From assembly GCA_965217775.1 (NCBI GenBank), contig CBDCJH010000002.1:2848001-2912000 (forward strand): DNA of 64,000 bases, read 5' to 3'. Numbering within the stretch: the first letter of the stretch is position 1; the number at the start of each line of letters is the position of its first letter. Below the pieces are notes generated by a model. That model saw nothing but the letters and a program-made list of their open reading frames with translations, made no database searches and had not been told where the DNA came from. Below, one piece after another: positions 18,522-27,013 of the stretch. The position numbers and the translations under genes were made by a program. The stretch is from Acidobacteriota bacterium (lineage in GTDB: Bacteria > Acidobacteriota > UBA6911 > RPQK01 > JAJDTT01).

Positions 18522-19976
18522 GTGACCATGCACAAATCACCCGATAGCCAACACCTCCCCCGGCGGGAATTCTTTTCCAGGATCGGTGACGGGCTCTACG
18601 CAACGGCCCTGGCCTCCCTTTTGGGCAACGATCTCTTTGCAGCCAATCCGGCTCTGGCCGGCAATGGAACCCACGACCTGAAACCCCGCGCTCCCCACTA
18701 CCGGCCCCAGGCCAAATCGGTGATCCACCTGTTCATGAACGGCGGACCCAGCCAGGTCGACCTGTTCGACCCCAAGCCGGAGCTGGCCCGGCTCGCCGGC
18801 AGCGCCCCTCCCAGGGACATCCTCAACAAGATCGAGTTCGCCGACCAGGTGGGGGGACTGCTCCCGTCACCCTACAAGTTCAACCGGCACGGGCGCTGTG
18901 GCATGGAGCTCACGGAGCTCCTGCCCCACCTGGGCGAGGTGGTGGACGACATCACCCTGATCCGTTCCATGTACGGGGAACACTTCAACCACGAACCGGC
19001 CATCTATCTCATGCACTCGGGCCGCACCCTGCCCAATCGGCCCTCGCTCGGATCATGGGTCGTCTACGGCCTGGGAAGCGAGACCCGGAACCTGCCCGGC
19101 TACGTGGTTCTGGACGACCCCAAGGGGCTGCCCATCAACCGGGAACAGAACTGGCAGTCGGCCTGGCTTCCGCCCATCTACCAGGGAACCCGGTTTCGCT
19201 CCGAAGGGCCGCCGGTTCTCAACCTGGAATCGCGGCGGAAGCTGCCCAGCGACCTGATCGAAGCGGAGCGGGCGCTGTTGCGCCGCCTCGACCTGGCGCA
19301 TCGGGACGCCCGGCCCCGGGAACCGGAGCTGGACGCCCGCATCGCCAGCTACGAGCTGGCCGCCCGGATGCAGTTGGCCACCTCGGACGCCCTGGATCTG
19401 TCCCAGGAGGACGAGGCCACTCGGGAGATGTACGGCCTCAACGACGAGCTGACCCGTTCCTACGGCAAACGGTGCCTGATGGCCCGGCGGCTGGTGGAAC
19501 GGGGAGTCCGGTTCGTCCAGATCTTCATCGAGGGCCAGATTTGGGACGCCCATCACAATCTGGAGAAGTCTCTGGCCTACAGTTGCGGCAAGACGGATCG
19601 CCCCGCGGCCGCCCTGATCAAGGACCTCAAGCGGCGCGGCCTGCTGGAGGAGACCCTGGTGATCTGGGGAGGAGAGTTCGGGAGAATGCCCCTGGCCCAA
19701 GTCGCCGACCGGGGCGCCGACGGGCGCGACCACGGTCCCGACGGCTTCAGCATCTGGATGGCCGGCGGCGGCGTCAAAGGGGGGCTCACCTACGGGGGGA
19801 CCGACGATATCGGACACAAGGCGGTGGACCAGAGGGTCAGCGTCCACGACTTCCACGCCACCCTGCTGCACCTTCTGGGCATGAACTACCGGGACCTGGT
19901 CTACCGGCGCCACGGACTGGACGAGCGCCTGACCGACCAGTTTCCCGCCCGGGTGGTGGAGGAGATCCTGGTTTAA
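18522..19976 (+). CDS. DUF1501 family protein (Tat-exported, alkaline-phosphatase/sulfatase-like)
   Basis: RREFF Tat motif, VIHLFMNGGPSQVDLFDPKP, WGGEFGRMP, GRDH. Confidence 0.9.
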   Translation: MTMHKSPDSQHLPRREFFSRIGDGLYATALASLLGNDLFAANPALAGNGTHDLKPRAPHYRPQAKSVIHLFMNGGPSQVDLFDPKPELARLAGSAPPRDILNKIEFADQVGGLLPSPYKFNRHGRCGMELTELLPHLGEVVDDITLIRSMYGEHFNHEPAIYLMHSGRTLPNRPSLGSWVVYGLGSETRNLPGYVVLDDPKGLPINREQNWQSAWLPPIYQGTRFRSEGPPVLNLESRRKLPSDLIEAERALLRRLDLAHRDARPREPELDARIASYELAARMQLATSDALDLSQEDEATREMYGLNDELTRSYGKRCLMARRLVERGVRFVQIFIEGQIWDAHHNLEKSLAYSCGKTDRPAAALIKDLKRRGLLEETLVIWGGEFGRMPLAQVADRGADGRDHGPDGFSIWMAGGGVKGGLTYGGTDDIGHKAVDQRVSVHDFHATLLHLLGMNYRDLVYRRHGLDERLTDQFPARVVEEILV

Positions 19977-19998
19977 GCCGGGGAAACGCCGCGCCTCG

Positions 19999-21045
19999 CT
20001 ATCGTTTGTTTCCAGCGGAATCGGTCGCGGGGGGTGGAGCGAACCGCCGCCGGAACGCGTCCATGTGGACGTAAAGAGCCGGCGAGCCTCCGGTGTGAAT
20101 GAAGACCACCTTCTGTCCCTTGCGGAACACTCCCTTGCGGATCAGGTCGATGGTCCCGGCCATGGCCTTGCCCGTGTAGACCGGGTCCAGGAGGATCCCT
20201 TCGGACCGGGCCACGAGCCCGACCGCTTCCATCATCTCCGGCGTCGGGAGGGCGTACCCCGGGCCCACGTAGTCGCCGTTGCAGTCCACCGAATCCCTGG
20301 GAAGCGGGGATTCGACGCCCAGGCGGGAGACGGTCGCCAAGGCCAGCTCGTAGACGCTTCGCTCCTGTGGTTCCCGGCCGCGGCTCACATTCATGCCGGT
20401 CACGGCCAGCGAGGACCCGGCGCCCCGGAGCCCGGCCAGGAGTCCAGATTGGGTCCCGGCGCTTCCGCTCGGAACCACCAAGTGGTCCACCTGGAGATCC
20501 TGCTGCCGGAACTGGGAGATCAACTCCAGGGCGCAGGCGGCGTATCCGGTGGCGCCGACGGCGTTGGATCCGCCCACGGGGATCAAGTAGGGGTTCCGTC
20601 CCCGCGCCCGGCACTCGCGAGCCAACTGCTCCATCGCGGGCGCCGCCTGTCCCCGCCCGGAGACGATCCGCAGGCTGTCCGCCCCCAGCAACTGGTAGAG
20701 GAAATTGTTGCCGCCGGCCTCGGGGTCGAAGGCGCCGGGCGCCGGTTCCTGCAGCACCAGGTGGCACTCGAGTCCCTCCACCCGGGCCCAGGAGAGGGTC
20801 AGCCGGCAGTGGTTGGATTGAATGGCGCCACTGGTGATGAGGGTATCCGCACCCTGGGCCAGGGCCTCCCCGATGGAGAACTCCAACTTGCGAGTCTTGT
20901 TCCCTCCGCCCGCTCCCGGCAACAGGTCGTCCCGTTTGATGTAGATCTGCGGGCCACCCAGCAATCGGGACAGGCGAGGGGCCGGCTGCAGGGGAGTCGG
21001 CTCCGTGACATAGATTCTGCGGGGGAAGGAGGACAGTGATTTCAA
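19999..21045 (-). CDS. dcyD: D-cysteine desulfhydrase (PLP, ACC deaminase family)
   Basis: IKRDDL...GGNKTRKLE, GAIQSNH, GSAGT, LLDPVYTGKA, FIHTGG. Confidence 0.85.
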   Translation of the reverse strand: MKSLSSFPRRIYVTEPTPLQPAPRLSRLLGGPQIYIKRDDLLPGAGGGNKTRKLEFSIGEALAQGADTLITSGAIQSNHCRLTLSWARVEGLECHLVLQEPAPGAFDPEAGGNNFLYQLLGADSLRIVSGRGQAAPAMEQLARECRARGRNPYLIPVGGSNAVGATGYAACALELISQFRQQDLQVDHLVVPSGSAGTQSGLLAGLRGAGSSLAVTGMNVSRGREPQERSVYELALATVSRLGVESPLPRDSVDCNGDYVGPGYALPTPEMMEAVGLVARSEGILLDPVYTGKAMAGTIDLIRKGVFRKGQKVVFIHTGGSPALYVHMDAFRRRFAPPPATDSAGNKR

Positions 21046-21084
21046 GATTTACGACTCCGGAGTCTGATTCGAGATTCGGTCGGT

Positions 21085-22515
21085 TCAGGCAAACAGCTCT
21101 TGGATCGGTTGTCCCCGGCCGTCCTTGGTGACGAAGAAGGGCCGCTTCTCGACCTCGTAAGCCTGATCCGGAGGAATGCCCAAGGCGGCATAGAGGGTGG
21201 CGTGGAGGTCCTCGATGGAGACCGGGTTTTCCACCACCCGGCAGGGGCGCTCGTCGTCGGTCCGGCCGTAGAGGAAGCCGGACTTGAATCCGCCCCCGAA
21301 AATCAGAACCGATGAGGCTTCGGTGAAGTGCCGGTGCATGCCGTAGTGGCGCGGCTCGGTCATCCGGTCCGGGACCTTGATCTGCTGCCTCACGCCCAGG
21401 TCCGGCTTGCCTTCGATGAGGGCGTCCCGGCCGAACTCGCTGGCCACGACCACGACCGTCCGTTCCAGGAGACCCCGTTCCTCCAGGTCCAGGACCAGTT
21501 GGGCGATGGGGGCGTCGATGGTCCGCTTGAGGTGGATCATCCGCTCGTGGCCGTTCTCGTGAGTGTCGAAGTAGCGAAAAGGGATGTACCCGGTGGTGAC
21601 CTCCAAGAAGCGGGCGCCCGCCTCGACGAGCCGGCGGGCCAGAAGGCAACCCTGACCGAAGCGGCCCGTGCCGTACCTTTGATGACTCTCCTCGGGCTCC
21701 TGGGACAGATCGAAGGCTGCGGCCGCGGGAGAATCCACGAGGCGGTGGGCCTTGTCCAGATAGCGGAGCAACGACTTCTGCTGATAGCTCGTGCCCTCTT
21801 GAAGAACCGGGCTCTCGGCCACCAGGCGGCGGTAGGCGCGGTAGCGCCGTGCGGCGCGGGCCCGGTTCACGCCCTGGGGCGGCCGCATGGCCCCGGCCGC
21901 AGTGGCGGGATCGGGGATCAGCATGGGACCGTACTCGGCGCCCAGGAACCCGGCCGTGTGGAAGGCCTTGAGAGAGTCGCTCTCCGCCCCGATCTCCATG
22001 TCCTGGCCGATGTCCACGAAGGCGGGCACCTCCGGACGCCGTGGACCCAGCGTGCGAGCCACCACCGAACCCAGGTGGGGAGCCGCCACCGAGAGGGGCG
22101 GCGCATAACCGGTGTGCCAGTGATACTGGTGGCGGGAGTGGAGAATGAACCCCAAGTCTCCCAGACGGTGACTGCGGATCAGGGTGGCCCGGTCCATCAC
22201 CTGGGCCAAGCGGTCCAGGCCGCTGGAGAGTTGGATGCCGTCCACCACCGTGTCGATGGCGGGAAAGGTGCTCAATACCCGTTTCGACTCGACACCGGGT
22301 TCGAACGGAGTGTAGCGCTTGGGATCGAAGGTTTCGGTCTGGGCCATGCCTCCGGCCATCCAGAGCAGAATCATGGCGTCGGCCCGGGCCGGCAGCGATG
22401 GAGCCGCCAAAAGCCGGGGCTCGCGACTTCTCCAGGCCGCCAATGCGGCGGCGGAGAGCTGGAGAAATCGTCTGCGATCGAAGCCTTCCGAGGGGTCTGG
22501 ACTCAAGTTCCGCAC
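21085..22515 (-). CDS. DUF1501 family protein (Tat-exported)
   Basis: DRRRFL Tat motif, LWMAGGMAQTETFDPK, SEFGR. Confidence 0.85.
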   Translation of the reverse strand: MRNLSPDPSEGFDRRRFLQLSAAALAAWRSREPRLLAAPSLPARADAMILLWMAGGMAQTETFDPKRYTPFEPGVESKRVLSTFPAIDTVVDGIQLSSGLDRLAQVMDRATLIRSHRLGDLGFILHSRHQYHWHTGYAPPLSVAAPHLGSVVARTLGPRRPEVPAFVDIGQDMEIGAESDSLKAFHTAGFLGAEYGPMLIPDPATAAGAMRPPQGVNRARAARRYRAYRRLVAESPVLQEGTSYQQKSLLRYLDKAHRLVDSPAAAAFDLSQEPEESHQRYGTGRFGQGCLLARRLVEAGARFLEVTTGYIPFRYFDTHENGHERMIHLKRTIDAPIAQLVLDLEERGLLERTVVVVASEFGRDALIEGKPDLGVRQQIKVPDRMTEPRHYGMHRHFTEASSVLIFGGGFKSGFLYGRTDDERPCRVVENPVSIEDLHATLYAALGIPPDQAYEVEKRPFFVTKDGRGQPIQELFA

Positions 22516-22639
22516 GGTGGGTTCTCCGCCTTGCCGGACAGATCGGGATCGCCGTTCATGTTACGCATTCCCCCTGCGGGCTCGCAAGCTCGCGGGTTGC
22601 GTCGACGAACTGCCCCAAATCAGGGTCACCGGATGCGGG

Positions 22640-22882
22640 CTAGCTTGCTGGCTTGAGTGTTCCCTCTTCGTGATCGTGGCGATGGTCATGGCGACCCTGG
22701 TGAAACACGGCGTGGAGCAGCGTACCGCCGACAAAGGCCTGGTAGAGCTCGAGCCCGTCCCCATCGGCAAAGAGCCGGGCACCGATGGCGTACCCGGCGA
22801 TCGTAGCGGCCAGAATCGTCCCGATGCCGATCGCCGCGACTCGGAAGCCGTGGCGGGGCCGCAAGATCCACCAGATCATCAA
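22640..22882 (-). pseudogene. C-terminal fragment of a ZIP-like membrane protein
   Basis: Two TM segments, YQAFVGGTLLHAVFH and a His-rich tail; too short for a full transporter. Confidence 0.45.
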
Positions 22883-22949
22883 GCCGACCGGAATTCGGCG
22901 GCATCAGCAAATTCCTGCCAACACAGTCGAGACACGGCACGGTCCCGGA

Positions 22950-23939
22950 TTACCCGGGGGATACCAGGCCAGGGTCAACGGAGCGGCCGCCGACATGGTG
23001 ATCCTCATCGGGACAGCCTTCCGCCGTGTCTTCCAACTGAATCGTGACGTGCCGGATGCCGAAGTCACGGGAGGCGATCTCGCGAAGTTGGTTCCGAATG
23101 AAGACCATGTCTTCATTCCCGGGATCTACCAGAACGTGAGCCGTGAGGACATCGTAGTCGGAGGCGAGGCTCCAAACATGAATATCGTGAATCGAGCCGA
23201 CGCCCGGCACATCTTCCATTTGCCTGCACAGGCGACGAATGTCGATGTGTTGCGGCACCCCTTCAAGGAGGACATGGATCACCTTACCCAGCAGGCGCCA
23301 TGAACTCACCAGAATGAGGATACCGATGATCACGCTCACGATGGGGTCCGCGATTTTCCAATTGAAACCCCAAACCAGAATGCCCGATACGACCACACCG
23401 ATGGACCCGAGAAGATCGGCCATGACGTGCTGGTAGGCGCCTTCGACGTTCACGCTGTGCCCAGCCGACCGGTGCAGGATCCGGGCCGCGATGAGGTTGA
23501 CGACGAGGCCAATGGAGCCGACGGTCAGCATCACCTCTCCCTTGACGTCGGGCAGAACCGTGAAGCGGTGGTAGGCTTCAAAAACGACCCACCCGGCAAT
23601 CAGCCAGAGCGTGACTGCGTTCAGCAGGGCCGCCAGGATCTCGAGGCGGCGATAACCAAAGGTACGCCGTGCGGACGCCGGCCGATTTGAAAAGTGAAGG
23701 GCGACCAGAGCGAGGCCGATCGACGCCGCGTCGGTCAACATGTGCCCGGCGTCCGCCATGAGCGCCAGACTTCCGGAGAGGATGCCGCCGATGATCTCGG
23801 CGAACATAAAGCCGACGATCAGCACCAGCGCAGAGGTCAGATTGCGCCGGCTGGACCCGCGAAGGTCATGCGAACATCCGTCCAGGCCAGGGTCTTGGTC
23901 TTGGCAACGGCCATGGTGCTGGTGACGGCCTTTGGACAT
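22950..23939 (-). CDS. Second cation diffusion facilitator (CzcD/ZitB-like)
   Basis: SGSLALMADAGHMLTD, RTFGYRRLEILAAL, HVMADLLG, HDIHVW; paralogue of 14459..15436. Confidence 0.9.
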   Translation of the reverse strand: MSKGRHQHHGRCQDQDPGLDGCSHDLRGSSRRNLTSALVLIVGFMFAEIIGGILSGSLALMADAGHMLTDAASIGLALVALHFSNRPASARRTFGYRRLEILAALLNAVTLWLIAGWVVFEAYHRFTVLPDVKGEVMLTVGSIGLVVNLIAARILHRSAGHSVNVEGAYQHVMADLLGSIGVVVSGILVWGFNWKIADPIVSVIIGILILVSSWRLLGKVIHVLLEGVPQHIDIRRLCRQMEDVPGVGSIHDIHVWSLASDYDVLTAHVLVDPGNEDMVFIRNQLREIASRDFGIRHVTIQLEDTAEGCPDEDHHVGGRSVDPGLVSPG

Positions 23940-24115
23940 TGCTTTACTCTACAACATCAACTCGACCGGATGTCTCACCGGCAAAGTAAATCAAGGTTGA
24001 GGTATGCACTGTAAGCGCATTTTCCGCTTCAGTCCGAAATCCTCGCCTGGAACTGTTAATCTTCGAATCTCAGGGACCGTACCGGATCTACTGAGCCGGA
24101 CGGAGGAGACGCCAC

Positions 24116-24976
24116 ATGCGCAGAGTGGTCGTGATCGGGTCCAAAGGGCAGCTTGGATCCGATTTGGTGCGGGAGCTGGGCGATCCGGATCGGATCGTTC
24201 CCCTTTCCCATCAGGATCTGGAGATCTGCGACCACGCCAACACGCGAGAGGTTCTGACCGGGCTCCGGCCGGACGCCGTCATCAATACGGCAGCCTATCA
24301 CCGGGTCGACGACTGCGAGGACCATGAGTCCAGAGCCTTCGAGAACAACGCGGCCGCGGTCCTGAACCTGGGCCGGATCTGCAACGACCTGGACGCGCTC
24401 CTGGTGCACGTGAGCACCGACTACGTGTTCGGCGGTGATGGTGACCGGACGTCGCCTTACACCGAGGAAGATCCCCCTTGCCCCTTGAACGTCTACGGGG
24501 CCTCCAAGCTCGCCGGCGAGAACCTGCTTCGAGAAGAGTGCCGGCGGCACCTGATCGTGAGGACCTCCGGGCTCTACGGTCTGGCCGGAGACCGCAACTT
24601 CGTGGCCGTCATGCTGAGACTGGCCGGAAGGAGCCGTCCCCTCCGGGTGGTGGACGACCAGCGCCTGCGACCGACGTATACGGCGCATCTGGCTCGCAAG
24701 ATGGTCCAGTTGTTGGCTTCGACGGCTCGGGGAACGGTGCACGTCACCAATCAGGGCGAGTGCACCTGGTACGAATTCGCCCGCCGGCTCTTCGAGTTGG
24801 CCGGCCTCACAGCAGACCTGACGCCCACCACCTCCCAGGAATTCGGAGCCAAGGCCACCCGGCCGGCGTACTCGGTCCTGGCCAACGAGGCCCTGACCCG
24901 GGCGGGCCTCGACCCCATGCCCCACTGGAGCCAGGGCTTGGCCGACTATCTGGCGGGGAAACGGAGCGGACGGTAA
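24116..24976 (+). CDS. rfbD: dTDP-4-dehydrorhamnose reductase
   Basis: GSKGQLG, STDYVF, YGASK, VDDQ..PT, RPAYSVL; GGAGG RBS. Confidence 0.9.
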   Translation: MRRVVVIGSKGQLGSDLVRELGDPDRIVPLSHQDLEICDHANTREVLTGLRPDAVINTAAYHRVDDCEDHESRAFENNAAAVLNLGRICNDLDALLVHVSTDYVFGGDGDRTSPYTEEDPPCPLNVYGASKLAGENLLREECRRHLIVRTSGLYGLAGDRNFVAVMLRLAGRSRPLRVVDDQRLRPTYTAHLARKMVQLLASTARGTVHVTNQGECTWYEFARRLFELAGLTADLTPTTSQEFGAKATRPAYSVLANEALTRAGLDPMPHWSQGLADYLAGKRSGR

Positions 24977-24985
24977 CGGCAAGGG

Positions 24986-25011
24986 AAGGCGACCACAAGC
25001 GTCGCCCCTAC
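24986..25011 (-). repeat. GTAG-type REP palindrome
   Basis: Minus strand GTAGGGGCGACGCTTGTGGTCGCCTT, just after rfbD. Confidence 0.7.
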
Positions 25012-25023
25012 CAGAATTTTCCC

Positions 25024-25374
25024 GGAAAAGGGGACAGTCTATTTTTCTGGGACGGGGGCACATGGGACGGGGGCACACACACAGGTCAGACCACAAGGGG
25101 GCACAGGTCAGACCACAAGGGTATCGGCGACTTCGGCTACCAAGACGACTCAGGTGGTCACTTAGTCACATTTCGTCGGATTCTTCCGGGAACGCGAGAT
25201 TTGCTGATTTTCTTGAGTTTCCTTCGCCTTTCTCAGTTCTGAATCGTTGGTGTCACAAAGGGTTGCGAAACGACTCCCCCGCGAGTCCGAGTCCGATTAA
25301 CCGAACCGAGGATCGTGGCCATGGCCCGAACCGCACGACACAAGAGTTCAGAAGCCGCCTTCTATCACCTCACC
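25024..25374 (+). repeat. Diverged duplicate of the RAYT upstream region and first 18 codons
   Basis: Parallels 25378-25686, including GGAAAAGGGGACAGTC, CAGGTCAGACCAC and ATGGCCCGAACCGCACGACACAAGAG. Confidence 0.8.
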
Positions 25375-25632
25375 GATGGAAAAGGGGACAGTCTATTTCT
25401 CTGGCACGGAAGGCACAGGTCAGACCACCACGGTGCCGGCTTTTTCGGCTGCAAAGACAACTGAGATCGTCGCTTGGTCAAGTTCCCTCGGTTGCTTCCG
25501 GAAACGCGAGGCTTGCCGGTTTTCTTGAGTTTCCTTCGCTGTTCTCAGTTCAGAATCGTTGTTGTCATCAGGGGTGCGAAACAGCTCCCCCGCCGAGTCC
25601 GAGTCCGATTAACCGAACCGAGGATCGTGGCC

Positions 25633-26568
25633 ATGGCCCGAACCGCACGACACAAGAGCACAGAAGCCGCCTTCTATCACCTCACCAATCGAGTCGCCGG
25701 CAATTCCGATTGGTTCCCCTTTAAAAACCACCAAGCCGGTCGCAAACTCCTGGACATGATGTCGTTCTACGTCAATGTCTACCGGTGTCGTTTGGCCGCT
25801 TTCCAGATCATGGGCAATCACTTCCACTTCGTCATCCATTTTGAGAAACCCCGCCCCCTGTCCCGCGACGAGTTGATGGACAGCGCCCACAAGCTTTATG
25901 GACAACAGGCAGAGAAGAAAACCGCCGATTGGACCGTCGCCCAGTGGGAGGCTTTCAACCAGCGTCTCTTTGACGTGTCGAAACTGATGGCGAACGTGGA
26001 CGGGTTCTATGCCCGGTGGTTCAACCGCAATTTCAAACGGCGAGGCCATCTTTGGGGTGATCGTTTCAAGAACCCGGAACTCTTGGGAAGCGAAGCCGTC
26101 CAGGACGCCATCCTCTACGTGGAACTCAACGCCGTCCGGGCCGGACTGGTCAAAAGGCCCGAGCAATGGCAGTGGGGCTCGGCCCGCTGGAGACTCACCG
26201 GCGAGGATCAAAATCTGATTCCACTGGAGGAACTGTTCCCCTCGGATCCCGGAGCGGACGTGTACAGAAGTTACCGGGCTCGCTTGTACTATCGAGGAGC
26301 CGTCCCCACCCGGGAGAACCAGGCTGCGATCCCCCGGTGGATCCTCCTTCAGGAGCAGCGACGTGGATTTACCCGTGCCGGAGCCTTTCGCCGGCGTTTG
26401 CGATTTCTGACGGACGGGTTGGCCGTCGGTCCGGCAGAGAAGGTGGCGCAACTGCTGGAGACGTATCGAAAGCAAGGTCGATATCGGCGTCGCCGACACC
26501 CCATCCCCCAACTGGGCGGAGTGCTGTTTTCCCTGCGGGAGCAGCGCTCGCACGCCTTCGTCACGTAG
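25633..26568 (+). mobile_element. REP-associated tyrosine transposase (RAYT/TnpA-REP, IS200/IS605 Y1 HUH superfamily)
   Basis: FYHLTNR, HUH motif MGNHFH, WFNRNFKRRGHLWGDRFK, catalytic-Tyr helix YVELNAVRAGLVKRPEQWQWGS. Confidence 0.9.
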
Positions 26569-26786
26569 ACTCTTCTGATCTCCGACGCGCCAGATCTCCA
26601 ACCGTCGATTCTGCCACCGTGGCACCGGACGACCCAGATCACGGAAACCACCCAATAGACTCTGGTCTTTCCCCATTTTCCTGACGGTTCAGGAGAACAG
26701 GGGAAGCAGGTTTGAACGAGGATCGTGACGAGGCGGTCCAATCCCGGCGACCCGGCCATGCAAGAGAAATCGAGACTGTCCCTTTC

Positions 26787-26869
26787 CGCTCGCACGCCTT
26801 CGTCACGTAGACTCTTCTGATCTCCGACGCGCCAGATCTCCAACCGTCGATTCTGCCACCGTGGCACCG
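26787..26869 (+). repeat. Exact 83-bp duplicate of the RAYT 3' end (26545-26627)
   Basis: CGCTCGCACGCC...GTGGCACCG is identical at both sites. Confidence 0.85.
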
Positions 26870-26873
26870 CGTA

Positions 26874-27013
26874 CGTAAAAGAGGCTGTCCCTTTCCGAAG
26901 GGGAACTTCGTAAAAGAGGCTGTCCCTTTCCGAAGGGGAACTTCAGCGAATGGTCTGGAACTCGGGGGAGAGGAAGGGGAACTTCAGCGAATGGTCTGGA
27001 ACTCGGGGGAGAG
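26874..27013 (+). repeat. Overlapping tandem duplications (35 bp x2 and 41 bp x2)
   Basis: 26874-26908 = 26909-26943; 26932-26972 = 26973-27013 (the latter includes the stop of the PSD1 gene). Confidence 0.8.

Noticed and set aside
15602-18535. 977-aa minus-strand ORF and similar long antisense ORFs (5692, 12638, 39999, 62113 and others)
   Set aside because: Mirror frames of real GC-rich genes, with no recognisable motifs
25633-26568. IS605-type element with TnpB or an RNA guide
   Set aside because: No tnpB/RuvC ORF nearby; the motifs fit the RAYT subgroup
26874-27013. Possible CRISPR array (also 3447-3515 and 11532-11587)
   Set aside because: Only two contiguous units each, no unique spacers and no cas genes
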